Virus record (IMG/VR): IMGVR_UViG_3300006149_000003 | Source: a virus | Taxonomy: Duplodnaviria > Heunggongvirae > Uroviricota > Caudoviricetes | Direction: 5' to 3' (one strand) | DNA: 59,241 nt | Shown: positions 13,504-24,292 of the stretch, in pieces | Numbering within the stretch: position 1 is the stretch's first letter | How the letters are laid out: every line of letters begins with the position of its first letter | Notes under the pieces: model-generated | Told to the model about the DNA's origin: nothing | The model's database searches: none | Seen by the model: the letters and a program-made list of their open reading frames with translations, nothing else | Program-made: the position numbers and the translations under genes

Positions 13504-15308
13504 GCATGAATTACGAAAAAGTTATGGATGAACGGCAGCGTCATGTACATGAGCATTTTTCATCCTCAAACTATCTGGGAGATCCCCATAGAGTACAGAA
13601 ACTAATGGATTGGATTACCTTTTGGAGAAGAAACCCAAGCCGTTTCGTACAGTATTATTTTGGGATTACTCTTCACCTTTATCAACACATTATCTTGTTT
13701 CTAATGGATATCTTTCCAAGTATTTGTCTGGTTGCAGCGCGGAGTGCCGCAAAATCCTTTATCATTGCGATTTATGCTTGTAAGGAAGCAATTTTGCGAC
13801 CAGGTGCGAAAATCGTCGTAGCTTCAGCCACGAAGGGACAGGCAAAGCTGATTGTGTCTGAGAAAATCCAGAAGGAAATTCTACCTCGATCTCCGTTGTT
13901 GCAGGCGGAGATTGAGCGCATCCGTGATAATCAGAATGAAATTGAGGTTTTCTTCCATAATGGAAGCTCTATTATTGTGGTGCCGGCCAATGACAATGCT
14001 CGTGGACACCGTGCGACTGTAATGATTTATGAAGAGTTCCGTATGATTCTGAAAAACATAATTGATACCGTTCTCTCTCCTTTTCTATATGTGCGGCAGG
14101 TTCCATGTATTTTGAAGTATGAGGAATACAGTTCTTTGATCGAGGAGCCGAAAGAGGTCTATATCAGTTCTGCATGGTATAAAAACCATTGGATGTGGGA
14201 TCAGATGAAGATCATCGTGAAAGATATGTTGAAAAAAGATTCTGCTATTCTGATTGGCATGGATTATAGCATTTCGTTGAAACACGCAATCAAACCAAGG
14301 GCGTTCCTTATCAAAGAACGGAACAAACTGGATAGTGTAGCATGGGCAATCGAGTACGAAAACCAAATGATTGCCGAAAACGCCCACGCTTACTTTACTT
14401 ACGAGATGTTGAATAAGAACCGTTGCCTAAAACGTCCATTCTATCCACGGAAAAACGAGGATGTTTTGATGCGGGCAAGAAATCTCTATGCTATTCCTCG
14501 GCAGCAAGGAGAAATCCGTATTATATCTTGTGATATTGCCACTGAGGGGGGAGACAGCAACGATAACTCTATTTTCTCTTGTATTCGTGCTTTGCCAGAA
14601 AGTATGGAATACAAGACTTCTGATGTGAACGGAGAACACATTGAAGTTAAGCAAGGGTATCGCCGGCAAGTGGTGTATATGGAACCTCAAACGGAATTTG
14701 AAACAACCAAGCAGGCCATTCGGATCAAACAACTATTTACAGACTTTGATGCGGACTACTGTGTATTGGATACCAGAAATGCAGGTATTGCTATTTACGA
14801 TGCCTTAGCGAAGGTTCTATATGATGTAGAACGCAATGTAGAATATGAGCCTTGGTCGTGCATGAACGACGATAACCTAAGATCTCGTATCGTAATTGCC
14901 GGTCAGAAAGAAGTAGTTTACTCTATTAAAGCCCAGTTGGAAACGAACAGTAAAATCGCTGTATGTATGAAAAATACACTCAACAGTAAAATGATTGAGC
15001 TAATGGTGCCCAATCAAGAGGGTGTGGAGGAACTACAGCGAATTGTTCCGGACTATGAGACAGCAGATGTCGAAACTCAGCTTTTTTATGAGCGTCCTTT
15101 CTTGGAAACTGTAGCACTAATCAATGAAATGATTGGGCTGGAGTATACGGTGCAAAATCAAACTGGGCTTATTAAAATTGAAGAACGGTCTGGAGCACGG
15201 AAAGACCGGTATACTTCGGTATCTTATGGCAACTATTTCATTGAGCTTTTGGAGCAGGATCTATTTTCGGATAGTTCAGAATACGAATATGTAACATTTT
15301 ACAATTAA
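13500..15308 (+). CDS. terL: Terminase large subunit
   Basis: 602 aa; ATPase region (AARSAAKS, YEEFR, YISSA) and nuclease region (ISCDIA, VLDTRNAG, RKDRYTS). Confidence 0.85.
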   Translation: MSMNYEKVMDERQRHVHEHFSSSNYLGDPHRVQKLMDWITFWRRNPSRFVQYYFGITLHLYQHIILFLMDIFPSICLVAARSAAKSFIIAIYACKEAILRPGAKIVVASATKGQAKLIVSEKIQKEILPRSPLLQAEIERIRDNQNEIEVFFHNGSSIIVVPANDNARGHRATVMIYEEFRMILKNIIDTVLSPFLYVRQVPCILKYEEYSSLIEEPKEVYISSAWYKNHWMWDQMKIIVKDMLKKDSAILIGMDYSISLKHAIKPRAFLIKERNKLDSVAWAIEYENQMIAENAHAYFTYEMLNKNRCLKRPFYPRKNEDVLMRARNLYAIPRQQGEIRIISCDIATEGGDSNDNSIFSCIRALPESMEYKTSDVNGEHIEVKQGYRRQVVYMEPQTEFETTKQAIRIKQLFTDFDADYCVLDTRNAGIAIYDALAKVLYDVERNVEYEPWSCMNDDNLRSRIVIAGQKEVVYSIKAQLETNSKIAVCMKNTLNSKMIELMVPNQEGVEELQRIVPDYETADVETQLFYERPFLETVALINEMIGLEYTVQNQTGLIKIEERSGARKDRYTSVSYGNYFIELLEQDLFSDSSEYEYVTFYN

Positions 15309-15322
15309 GGAGGTGAAGATTT

Positions 15323-17005
15323 ATGGCAGGTGAATCAAGATTTCGGTCATGGCTGACCAGACTGACAGGCGGGGAAAATCATCCAAGAGATACTACTGAG
15401 CAGAATGCGATTTCCTCTACAGTGGAAGCAGTTTTACATGAGTTCAACACTCAACTCGGAGCGGCCTATTTGAATGCGGTCGGTTGTGGAAGCTCTAAGA
15501 CAGCACCATATTCTACGGAGCAGATTATCAGAATGGCGCAAGAACCTATGAGATACATTACTGAGCTGCGTCAGTGGGCACGTTGGGCGTATTACTCCAA
15601 TGGGACGGTTGGCACTGCGATTGACGCCCTGACAAGTCTTCACTCTCTGGATTACATTGTGACGGCAAGACCCAAAAAGTCCGGTGGTCAACGTAAAGGC
15701 TATCGCACTAATGCTGATCGGATGAATAGTGTTCTTCGTTCTATGCGCTACAAAGAGGTGATTCGTGACGCTGTTTTTCATAATGCCAACGAAGGAATGT
15801 ATGTAGGGTACATGGAAACCCGCACTATTCCTGTAGAGCGGAGGTTGGCGCTGACGGATGCGGATATCAATGGCATTACTGATATCAACTCTGCTGGCGT
15901 CAACACGGTAGTTATCTCTCTTCCTATTGAATATGTAAGAATTATTGGCCGTAGGAATAACTGCTACGAGGTAGCGTTTGATCTGCGGTATTTTGATGGT
16001 ATGTTGGATGACGAGCGCAAGCGGAAATTACGTGGATTTCCTCGGCAAATTCAAGACGGCTGGGAAAAGTATCACAATGGTGGGTTTGAAAACGGCGCTA
16101 CATGGCTGAGGTTGGATTGGCGCAAAACGATTGTAACCAAAATTAAAAGCAGTCAGAACGATCCGTATGGCGTTCCGTTTGCTGTTGCGGCTTTGGATGA
16201 TATTGATTATGCCAAGTATTTTATCAATACCAAGCGTCATGTGTTGGATAAGGTAAACAATCAGATTTACTACGAGACATTTCCAGAGGGGAAAGATAAG
16301 GGTACTTCCGCTCTATCTCAGAAGCAACAGGAAAATCAGCATAACACGGTAAGACAAGCTCTGACACAGCGCACAAATTCCAGCGGCATTGCATTTTTCT
16401 CTTTGGCGGCAGGCACAAAAATGGATAGCCTGCCAGTCAATATTGACTTGCTGGACGAGGATAACGAGAATGCGATCAAAGAAGATGTGAACGAGGCTAT
16501 CGGTGTGGGCGCGGCGGCTCTAAGCGGAAGCAGTTCCACAAGCAACTATGCTACGGCCATGCTGAATCTGGAGATTGTGGCAAACAATGTTTTTACATGG
16601 ATTGAGGCTATTGTTGAGGAGTTGAACAAGTGCTTAAACTATAATGTAATTCGTGATAGCAGTTATCGCGTAGAGTTTAGGGTCCTGCCTATTACATTTG
16701 CTAATCGGGAGAAGCAGGTAAAATATTTCTCTGATCTGTATGCGCGTGGCAAAGGGAGCTTGCTTGCATGGATTGCAGCAACGGGTATCAATGCTGACGA
16801 CTATCTCTCTCTCATGGACTTGGAGTTGGAGGAAGATTTTGAAAATCGCTACCCAGTCCATAAAACTTCGTTTACTGTGACGGGTAAAGACGCTCCAGAT
16901 GGCGATGTAGATAAAAGTACCAGCGGTGATGCGCCACAAAATGCAAGCACCGCATCTACAACGGCTAATAATGGAAATGCAAGTCCATCTCCTTCTGATA
17001 CGTAA
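15323..17005 (+). CDS. Portal protein (YonE-like)
   Basis: 560 aa; follows terL; DPYGVPF motif. Confidence 0.75.
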   Translation: MAGESRFRSWLTRLTGGENHPRDTTEQNAISSTVEAVLHEFNTQLGAAYLNAVGCGSSKTAPYSTEQIIRMAQEPMRYITELRQWARWAYYSNGTVGTAIDALTSLHSLDYIVTARPKKSGGQRKGYRTNADRMNSVLRSMRYKEVIRDAVFHNANEGMYVGYMETRTIPVERRLALTDADINGITDINSAGVNTVVISLPIEYVRIIGRRNNCYEVAFDLRYFDGMLDDERKRKLRGFPRQIQDGWEKYHNGGFENGATWLRLDWRKTIVTKIKSSQNDPYGVPFAVAALDDIDYAKYFINTKRHVLDKVNNQIYYETFPEGKDKGTSALSQKQQENQHNTVRQALTQRTNSSGIAFFSLAAGTKMDSLPVNIDLLDEDNENAIKEDVNEAIGVGAAALSGSSSTSNYATAMLNLEIVANNVFTWIEAIVEELNKCLNYNVIRDSSYRVEFRVLPITFANREKQVKYFSDLYARGKGSLLAWIAATGINADDYLSLMDLELEEDFENRYPVHKTSFTVTGKDAPDGDVDKSTSGDAPQNASTASTTANNGNASPSPSDT

Positions 17006-17021
17006 AGGGAGGTGAAGAAGT

Positions 17022-18218
17022 ATGGCTGAGAAGTTTTTTTATCCAATTTGTTATGAGATTTCCAGCGAAAGCAAGATTGCAGGCAGACGGCCTATCAAGG
17101 TCATCCTGCATGAAATCTTTCCAGACGATTCTACGTGGCAGGAGAATGGAATCTCGTGGATTGAGAAATATGTACAAGCTAACCTGCATTCTGTAGTAGG
17201 TATGTCAATTACCGTTGAGTTTCTGACAGATGATAGAGACATTCCTTATGGGCACGGAATGACTGAGATTCGTGTACAAGATAACTTGCCTTTGTTTGAG
17301 GATGCTACTATGGTGGGGCATTTTGACAGGGCGTATATTGATGACGTTGAAATTGATGGTGTAACGAAGCGAGTGTTGATTGCTGAGGGAACACTGGACG
17401 AGATGCGTTATCCAAAGTTTGTAGCTTGGCTGCGTGAGCATATGGCAGAATCCACTATTAAGGGATCTGTCGAAATTGTTGGTAAAGCCGAGCATGATGG
17501 ATACATTATTTACTCCGGCGGTTGGAAAGAGCAGGGTCGTATTCCGCAAATCTATGATTACAGTGGCTATGCAATCCTTAGCGTCAAACCGGCTGATGAG
17601 GCCGCTATCGTGATGGAGTTAAATAATAAAAAGCAACAAAAGGAGGAAAGTACCATGGATGAGAAGCTGAAAAATGAATTGATGGCGGTCATCTCCGGAG
17701 CTGTTTCCGAGTCCAATTCCAAGTGGGATGAATACTGGGCAAAGGTTGAGGCAAAGGATGCTGAGATTGCCCAGCTCCAGGCGGACATCAAACTCAAGGA
17801 GGCCGAAATCGCACAGCTGCGGGCCGACTTTGAGGCGGCAAATGCCGCACAAGCCGCTGCTGAGGCTGGACTGACTGAGGCAAATGCCGCCAAGGAGACG
17901 GCAGAAGCCAGTTTGAGTGAGGCTAACGCCAAGATCGCCCAGCTTGAAAGCGAAGCTGCCAAAGCCGAGCTAAATGCAGCATTGGCACCTTACACCGAGG
18001 AGCAGCAGGCGATCGCAAAAGAGGAGATCGACGCTTTCAATGAGAACCCCGGAAGTGTGGAAATCAATGCTATCGTGGGCAAGATTTGTACTGAGATGGT
18101 GCGCTTGTCACGCGAGAAGTCGGTTGCAGAAACCAACGCTGCCAGTGAAATTGATGTTTTCGCTATGACAGACAGCACTAAGCTGGAAGCTGACGACGGT
18201 GAAGTCGATGTATTCTAA
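17022..18218 (+). CDS. Prohead protease/scaffold (YonD-like), possible nested scaffold from ATG 17655
   Basis: 398 aa; globular N-terminal half, Ala/Glu coiled-coil C-terminal half; internal AGGAGG plus in-frame ATG. Confidence 0.65.
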   Translation: MAEKFFYPICYEISSESKIAGRRPIKVILHEIFPDDSTWQENGISWIEKYVQANLHSVVGMSITVEFLTDDRDIPYGHGMTEIRVQDNLPLFEDATMVGHFDRAYIDDVEIDGVTKRVLIAEGTLDEMRYPKFVAWLREHMAESTIKGSVEIVGKAEHDGYIIYSGGWKEQGRIPQIYDYSGYAILSVKPADEAAIVMELNNKKQQKEESTMDEKLKNELMAVISGAVSESNSKWDEYWAKVEAKDAEIAQLQADIKLKEAEIAQLRADFEAANAAQAAAEAGLTEANAAKETAEASLSEANAKIAQLESEAAKAELNAALAPYTEEQQAIAKEEIDAFNENPGSVEINAIVGKICTEMVRLSREKSVAETNAASEIDVFAMTDSTKLEADDGEVDVF

Positions 18219-18237
18219 GAAAGGAAAGTGAGAGGAA

Positions 18238-18696
18238 ATGAAAGCAAAGACTATCGGTTATTTCAAGAATGTTCAGAACGTCGGCTACTGCAAAGCTGCT
18301 GTCGATCTGAAGGTGGGTATGGGCGTGATTCTGGATCGCGCTGCTAAGACGGCTAATTTGCCTGCCAGTGCGGATGAGGCTAAGGCGTGCCACCGCATCG
18401 TTACCAATATTAACGATAAGCCTGAGATGCACAATTACAGTGAGACTGTGGAGGTCAAGGAGGGCGAATATGTTCGTGCTGACGATTTGACTTCCGTGGC
18501 AAACATGGAGATGGAGTTTGCCGACTATGAGATCAACGGCGGTGTTGACAGTGTTGACGCTGGCGATACCCTGGTGTTTGGCACTGATGGCCTGATTGTA
18601 AAGGGCACAAGTGACGGCTACAAGGTGTACTTTGAGGTCATCGAGAAGACCGCGTATATGGGTAAGGGTATTCTGGCCGTTATCCGCGTGCAATAA
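18238..18696 (+). CDS. Head decoration / capsid accessory protein
   Basis: 152 aa; lies between scaffold and major capsid genes. Confidence 0.55.
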   Translation: MKAKTIGYFKNVQNVGYCKAAVDLKVGMGVILDRAAKTANLPASADEAKACHRIVTNINDKPEMHNYSETVEVKEGEYVRADDLTSVANMEMEFADYEINGGVDSVDAGDTLVFGTDGLIVKGTSDGYKVYFEVIEKTAYMGKGILAVIRVQ

Positions 18697-18713
18697 TGAA
18701 GGAGGGAGAAAAC

Positions 18714-19820
18714 ATGAACCCGATTTATGAAATCAATATGAACAATGCTCAGGTTGTTGTTGACACTGGGCGTGTTAAGCAGAACTCCCCTGTTGTCGAG
18801 GTGTTTTCTGCTCTCGCAGCGGGCATGAAGCCCAATGTGGATGCCAAGGTTTTGGACAAATCTGTGGCAACGCTGAAGGAGCTGTCTTCTAAGGCTTTGG
18901 CTGGCGATCTTGCCGCACAGAGCGAAATCAATACCATTGTCCGTTTCGCTATTGAGCCGAAACTGCTGGAGGCTGTGCGCCTATTCGACTTTATGGGTAC
19001 TTATCGTCGGATCGGATACCACGAAGCTCCTATGATGAAGACCTATAAGTATGAGAGCGTGGATTCTCGTTTCCAGGCTTCCAGTGCTGATGTGCCGTTT
19101 GCGGCTTGGAATTGGCGTGAGTACCCCATCGGCACCCAGACTATTTCTGGTGGCTTTGCTGTTGATTACCGTGAGCTTCAGAGCGGCAATTTCGACGGCA
19201 ATATTGCCGAGGGTATGAACCAGGTGCAGACTGATATGCAGAATAAGGCTGTCTATTATGTGATGACTGTTCTGTACAATGCGCTGAAGAACGCTAAGGG
19301 CGTGAAGCACTTTGCTGAGTCCACCGGTATTACCAAGACCGGCGTTGACAATATGCTGAAGTCCATGCGTCGGTACGGCAAGGTCAACATCGCTGGTGAC
19401 TACTCTGTGGTTAGCCAGTTTAACGATTTTGCTGGGTTCAAGTCTCTGGCAGCTGACGAGACGCGGTACGCAAACACTATTGTCGCTGAGGAGATTCGTA
19501 AGACTGGACTTGTCAATTTGTACAACGGCGCAATCGTGACCGAGCTGCCCAACGCAATTAACTGGACGAAGCTGAATGCTGCGGGCACCGACTACGATCT
19601 GTATATGCCCCAAGGTCTGCTGTTCTTCCTGCCCCGTGGCGCTGTGTCCCCGCTGCAGGTCTTCCTGCGTGGTGGTCTGACCACTATGACTGGTGACGAC
19701 ATCGTGACTCGGCAGCATCTGACCCGCTTCGACATGGAACTGGGCGCTGGTGTTGCGGAGGGTATGGAGGATCAGATCGGTCTGATTTCCGACACCAACT
19801 TTGAGGCACCCACCGCCTAA
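18714..19820 (+). CDS. Major capsid protein (YonB-like)
   Basis: 368 aa; strong RBS; biased codon use; followed by a terminator. Confidence 0.75.
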   Translation: MNPIYEINMNNAQVVVDTGRVKQNSPVVEVFSALAAGMKPNVDAKVLDKSVATLKELSSKALAGDLAAQSEINTIVRFAIEPKLLEAVRLFDFMGTYRRIGYHEAPMMKTYKYESVDSRFQASSADVPFAAWNWREYPIGTQTISGGFAVDYRELQSGNFDGNIAEGMNQVQTDMQNKAVYYVMTVLYNALKNAKGVKHFAESTGITKTGVDNMLKSMRRYGKVNIAGDYSVVSQFNDFAGFKSLAADETRYANTIVAEEIRKTGLVNLYNGAIVTELPNAINWTKLNAAGTDYDLYMPQGLLFFLPRGAVSPLQVFLRGGLTTMTGDDIVTRQHLTRFDMELGAGVAEGMEDQIGLISDTNFEAPTA

Positions 19821-19848
19821 GCGACGAACTAAATCAAAGAAAACTAAA

Positions 19849-19876
19849 AGGGAGGGGTAAAACCCTCCCTAATTTT
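19849..19876 (+). terminator. Intrinsic terminator after the capsid gene
   Basis: AGGGAGGG-GTAAAA-CCCTCCCT-AATTTT. Confidence 0.6.
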
Positions 19877-19896
19877 CAATAACAAGGAGAATCGTT

Positions 19897-20367
19897 ATGG
19901 CAACAAATAACAATGTCCTGGTAAATAATCTGTGCGCTTGGCCTCTCTCTTTCTGGCGTAAAGCTGGGCAGGGTGATGTTGAGATCCCCGCGAACGCGAA
20001 GAACTGGCCTCTGCTGTCATTCGAGGAGGTTCAGGCACAGATTCAAACTGGGAATAGGATGTTCACTGGCACAGACGGTATGGGCAACCATGCTCGTATT
20101 CAGATTGTCAATGATGAGCAACGTAAGCAGCTTTTCGGCCTGGAAAGTGTGGAGACAGACGCTCCTGCTCTGCTGAACCTGGATGCTGTCAAGGCATTGC
20201 TGAATATCCGTACTAAGGCCAAGTTCAACGAGCAGCTTAAAGCAATGGTAACAACCGATGCTGAGAAGAAGATGCTGGTAGAGTTGGCACAGCAGGCCGG
20301 GTCAGATGATGTTGAGGCGTGGAAGGTGGATGCCCTACGTGCTCTGGCTGAAACTGCCGCCGTTTAG
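19897..20367 (+). CDS. Head-associated protein (YonA-like position)
   Basis: 156 aa; RBS AAGGAG. Confidence 0.65.
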   Translation: MATNNNVLVNNLCAWPLSFWRKAGQGDVEIPANAKNWPLLSFEEVQAQIQTGNRMFTGTDGMGNHARIQIVNDEQRKQLFGLESVETDAPALLNLDAVKALLNIRTKAKFNEQLKAMVTTDAEKKMLVELAQQAGSDDVEAWKVDALRALAETAAV

Positions 20368-20393
20368 GTCTGAGAGAGGAGAGGGTATGGAAT

Positions 20394-20798
20394 ATGCCTA
20401 ACGCTAAGAGAACAACCTTTGCGGATATTGAGAAAACCTTCCATTCCATGCCTTTGACGAAATTTGAAATCCCAGAAGGATTAGAGGCAGAATGGCTTGC
20501 CACAGCGGTTGCAGATTATGAGTTGAATTTAAGCTGCGACTTGCGGTATAACGAGAAAACACAAAAGTTTGCCGGCAAACTGGATAGAACCGTTTGCCGG
20601 ACGCTGGCGCAGATGATGTATGTGTCTTATCTGCAAAGGGAATTGAGCCGTGTCATGGCCTTGAATGGTATTTACGGTAAAGATGTACAGCTGACAGGGC
20701 AGGATGCTACAAAGCGTGTGACCAAGCAGGAGCTTGACGATCAGATTGCTTTGGTTGAAAGACTGCTCCATCGGCAGAAAGATCATACGTATGGATAA
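20394..20798 (+). CDS. Head-tail adaptor candidate
   Basis: 134 aa; position in neck module. Confidence 0.55.
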   Translation: MPNAKRTTFADIEKTFHSMPLTKFEIPEGLEAEWLATAVADYELNLSCDLRYNEKTQKFAGKLDRTVCRTLAQMMYVSYLQRELSRVMALNGIYGKDVQLTGQDATKRVTKQELDDQIALVERLLHRQKDHTYG

Positions 20799-20809
20799 GG
20801 GGTGGTAAT

Positions 20810-21862
20810 ATGTCAGAGGAATCCAAGAGCTGGTATCGGATGACACGCCCCCTTTTCAACAGCGGTTTTGAGGATGATGAGTTTTGGGCATATGGTCAGG
20901 ATGGCTTTCAGGAGGTGCTTGACTCTTTTATCGGGGCCGATGTGTTGATCTATGATAAGGCTGTATATGCCCAGCCACAACAGGTAAGAGCAATCGTTCA
21001 AAATAAGACCAGCGATGTTTACAACAGCACGACAGTACGACAAATTCTCTGTAATATTGGAATTTTGAAGTGCGGGCAGTATGTGAAATACGATGGAGCA
21101 TTCTGGCTGGTCAGTGCGTTGCCAGACAACAACCGTATTTACGAAAAAGCGGTATTGTGGAAATGCAAACATTCCATTCGATTTGTTTCCCCGCTGACTG
21201 GTGAGATTGTAGACTATCCAGTATTTAGCACCAATAGTACACAGTACGGTACAGGTGAGTTGGAAAAGACCCACATGAATGTTGGAGAAGATCAGCATTT
21301 AATTTATCTCCCATTTAACCAAGAGACGATTTTGCTGGATGACAATTTCCGCTTTATCATGGATAAAAGACGTGACAAGCCAAGTGTCTATCGTATTACA
21401 AGGGTAGATCCTGTTTCTTATGCGGTAGGCAGTGAGCGTGAGGAGGATGGGTTAATTCAATGGTCAGTGCTGCAAGACCAGCTGAATACCGCAACAGACA
21501 GTGTTGAACTGATGATTGCAGATTATCATGCTGCTACCTCTGGTGGTGTAGAGGAAGTACCAGGGTCAACGGCTTCTCTCATATTGACTGATTTGGACGG
21601 AGACTTCAGATTGGCAAGTGGCGAAACAAAGCAAGTACAGGTTCGTTGTTTGACGGCTGATGGAGATCCTATTGATCCACCTCAATACCACTTGGAATGC
21701 GACTTTGGCGGTGCAGTCAGTATTATCGCAGAGGAAGATGGTGTAATTACATTACAGGCAAAGAGCGATCCATCTTATGTTGGAAAGCAAATTGAAATCA
21801 AAGCGATCAATGACGAACTCGCGTGTGAGGCTGTCATTACTATTCAAATCGTGAATTGGTAG
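20810..21862 (+). CDS. Head closure / neck protein candidate
   Basis: 350 aa; position; C-terminal Ig-like segment. Confidence 0.55.
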   Translation: MSEESKSWYRMTRPLFNSGFEDDEFWAYGQDGFQEVLDSFIGADVLIYDKAVYAQPQQVRAIVQNKTSDVYNSTTVRQILCNIGILKCGQYVKYDGAFWLVSALPDNNRIYEKAVLWKCKHSIRFVSPLTGEIVDYPVFSTNSTQYGTGELEKTHMNVGEDQHLIYLPFNQETILLDDNFRFIMDKRRDKPSVYRITRVDPVSYAVGSEREEDGLIQWSVLQDQLNTATDSVELMIADYHAATSGGVEEVPGSTASLILTDLDGDFRLASGETKQVQVRCLTADGDPIDPPQYHLECDFGGAVSIIAEEDGVITLQAKSDPSYVGKQIEIKAINDELACEAVITIQIVNW

Positions 21863-21875
21863 GGAGGTGAAGAGA

Positions 21876-22373
21876 GTGCCGCATTTTGACGCGATGATTC
21901 AGCAAAAAATCCTTTTGAAGCGTAAGCTGCTACAAAATCAGGCAGTGGTAAACCTGCTTTGTAATGTGGGCAATAATGTAGTGGAGTTTGAGAATATCAG
22001 AACGGGAAGCAAAAGTCCTGCGGCGTCTCTTATCAAAACTCACTTTTATGTCCCAGATACACAAACAGTAGATAAAAACTTCATTACGATGCGTAGCCGT
22101 GTGGTATATACCGACTCGAATGTGGTGAAGGAGACGGGGATCACCGTCTATATCATCTGTAACGAACACCAAATTGACTTGCTGCAGGGTTCCAGAGCGG
22201 ATCTGCTGGCAGATGAGGTTGATTGTATTCTGAATAACGGAGAGGAACCTTTGTTTGGGCTGGGAGGAATTGTTCTGAGCACAGCAGATGAGGTTCAGTT
22301 TAACGAAGGATATTCTGGGTGGCAAATCCCATATATCACTCACGAGAGGAATAGGAGCGCAGAACTGTTATGA
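21876..22373 (+). CDS. Tail terminator / neck protein candidate
   Basis: RBS GGAGGTG before GTG; position. Confidence 0.55.
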   Translation: MPHFDAMIQQKILLKRKLLQNQAVVNLLCNVGNNVVEFENIRTGSKSPAASLIKTHFYVPDTQTVDKNFITMRSRVVYTDSNVVKETGITVYIICNEHQIDLLQGSRADLLADEVDCILNNGEEPLFGLGGIVLSTADEVQFNEGYSGWQIPYITHERNRSAELL

Positions 22374-23089
22374 TTGATAGTCTAACTGCGCTGACAGGCG
22401 AAGCGTACAAAATTACACCAAAAATTGGAGTGAGGAACCCAACATTGAGGGAGATCTACCATTATGGGGAGCAGCAGTATTTTGGACTTGCACAGACAAT
22501 TTGTGCAACACCCGCTGACCGTAAGGTAGAGATATGGGACGCTATGAATACTTATTGGGATAGGATAGACGAGTATGAGTTGTTTGTGTCTACGTTTAGA
22601 GCTATCCAGTTGCGTGACACGAAGATACTGTTTGGGGATTTAGATGTGGCTTCGTTTCAACCTATGCCCTCAAAGAACCTCAAAGATTTTGTTCTTGTGA
22701 ATCGGGATGGGGCGGTAATCGACCGTGCGGTTTACAAGTTGCTAACTGATTATCTACGGCATATCCATCAGTTCAAAAAGAATGAAGTGAAGCCGTATGA
22801 CGATTATACCAGAGATATTATGATCGAGGCGGATCGGGATGATCGCGAGGACGCAGCAAACAAGCCGTTCAAGTCCATGCTGAAACCACTTGTTTCTTCG
22901 GCAATAAACCTGCCTGGATCTCAATTTCGATGGGATACTGTTTGGGATGCACCTATCGGAGTGTTTATGGACAGTATTATGCGTATGCAAAAGCGTGACC
23001 ATTACTATTTCACAATGCTTGGAATTTATAGTGGTTGCGTTGATATGAAAAAAATCAACAAAAAAGAGCTTGAATGGATGTCTGACTGA
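22370..23089 (+). CDS. Phage structural or assembly protein, 239 aa
   Basis: ATGA overlap; position ahead of the tail tube. Confidence 0.6.
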   Translation: MIDSLTALTGEAYKITPKIGVRNPTLREIYHYGEQQYFGLAQTICATPADRKVEIWDAMNTYWDRIDEYELFVSTFRAIQLRDTKILFGDLDVASFQPMPSKNLKDFVLVNRDGAVIDRAVYKLLTDYLRHIHQFKKNEVKPYDDYTRDIMIEADRDDREDAANKPFKSMLKPLVSSAINLPGSQFRWDTVWDAPIGVFMDSIMRMQKRDHYYFTMLGIYSGCVDMKKINKKELEWMSD

Positions 23090-23121
23090 CACCTGCGGCT
23101 AACAAGAAAGGATGGTTAATT

Positions 23122-23916
23122 ATGCCTAATTTTGACATTAAGAGTGCTGTTATCAACAGATTTCTCCGTCTAACCGAGGTAGATCTGGAGTCTGGTATGG
23201 TGAATTGGGTGCTCAGAAACATCGAAAGCCCCCAGGCTGAGTTCACTGGCGAATCTGTGGATAAGACCGACGAGCGTGGTATTCTAATCTCACGTTTTGA
23301 TACCGCCAAGGGTTTCACTCTGTCCGGCGAAAGTTCTAAGCTGGAGCTTGGCCTGATGGCTTCTCAGCTGGGTACTGAGGTTCAGGTGGCGACCGCCGAC
23401 AAGAAGATCAAGGGTGAGGATTTCGAGATCATCACGATTGTGGAGGACAGTGGTGAAAAGAAAGCTACCATGGCTTATACCCCGACGACTACCCCCAGTG
23501 TGGTGTACGCGATCAACAAGGACAAGTCTCTGGGCGATCCCATTGAAGTCGGTACTGCTGATGAAAACGCCAAGATTACCGGAAATGTTATCACGCTGCC
23601 TGATACCTATACCGGAAGTCGTATTGGCGTGCTGTATCAGTACGAGACGGACGAGGCCGTTCGTGTGACCGACAGCTCTGAAACCTTCAACAAGAATGCC
23701 AAGTATATTGCCAAGATCCTGGCTGAAGATGTGTGTGGTGTGACCGCTGCTATCACTATTGTGATTTCCAAGGGTAAGCTGGACAACAACTTCAGTCTGA
23801 ATCTGACCACCGAGGGCACCCACCCCTTCAGCATTTCCGCCATGAAGGATTACTGCTCCGAGGAGGAAGAGCTGTGCTACATCCTCATCGGTAAGGCAGT
23901 TGGCGTGGGCGTGTAA
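23122..23916 (+). CDS. Major tail tube protein (YomU-like)
   Basis: 264 aa; beta-rich; biased codon use; position. Confidence 0.65.
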   Translation: MPNFDIKSAVINRFLRLTEVDLESGMVNWVLRNIESPQAEFTGESVDKTDERGILISRFDTAKGFTLSGESSKLELGLMASQLGTEVQVATADKKIKGEDFEIITIVEDSGEKKATMAYTPTTTPSVVYAINKDKSLGDPIEVGTADENAKITGNVITLPDTYTGSRIGVLYQYETDEAVRVTDSSETFNKNAKYIAKILAEDVCGVTAAITIVISKGKLDNNFSLNLTTEGTHPFSISAMKDYCSEEEELCYILIGKAVGVGV

Positions 23917-23919
23917 GCG

Positions 23920-24282
23920 ATGAAGCGTCATTGCCGGGTGTGCGGTGCAGAGTACGAGTATTGCTATTCCTGTGAAAAGGTTCATAGCTGGCGTGCTCTG
24001 ACCGACACCGCCGACCATTACTATATTCTCAATGTCTTGATGGAATATCAGGGCGATCACGATGCTGTGAAAGCCTATCATGCTCTTAGCAAACGTGGTG
24101 TGAATATTCGAGAGACAGACGGCCTTTTGCCGAGTGTGAAAATGCTCATGGTGGAAATCGCCTCAAAAGTGAAAGGTATGAATGGGACGAGAAAGAAAGC
24201 TGTTCCCGCTGGTCAGGCGGTCGTTGAGAAGAAGGATGAAAAGCAGTTGCATTCAACAGATGATGCTGAGGTAAGTGAATAA
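23920..24282 (+). CDS. Zn-binding hypothetical protein (possible tail chaperone)
   Basis: CRVC...CYSC; follows tail tube. Confidence 0.6.
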   Translation: MKRHCRVCGAEYEYCYSCEKVHSWRALTDTADHYYILNVLMEYQGDHDAVKAYHALSKRGVNIRETDGLLPSVKMLMVEIASKVKGMNGTRKKAVPAGQAVVEKKDEKQLHSTDDAEVSE

Positions 24283-24292
24283 GAATAAAGAA

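Noticed and set aside
2291-15308. Inteins or introns in the RNAP or terminase
   Set aside because: ORFs are continuous, of expected size, with no splice-junction or homing-endonuclease motifs noticed
18981-19718. 245 aa minus-strand ORF (likewise 23290-24081, 24213-24839, 52431-53258, 53355-53921)
   Set aside because: Antisense shadows of codon-biased genes
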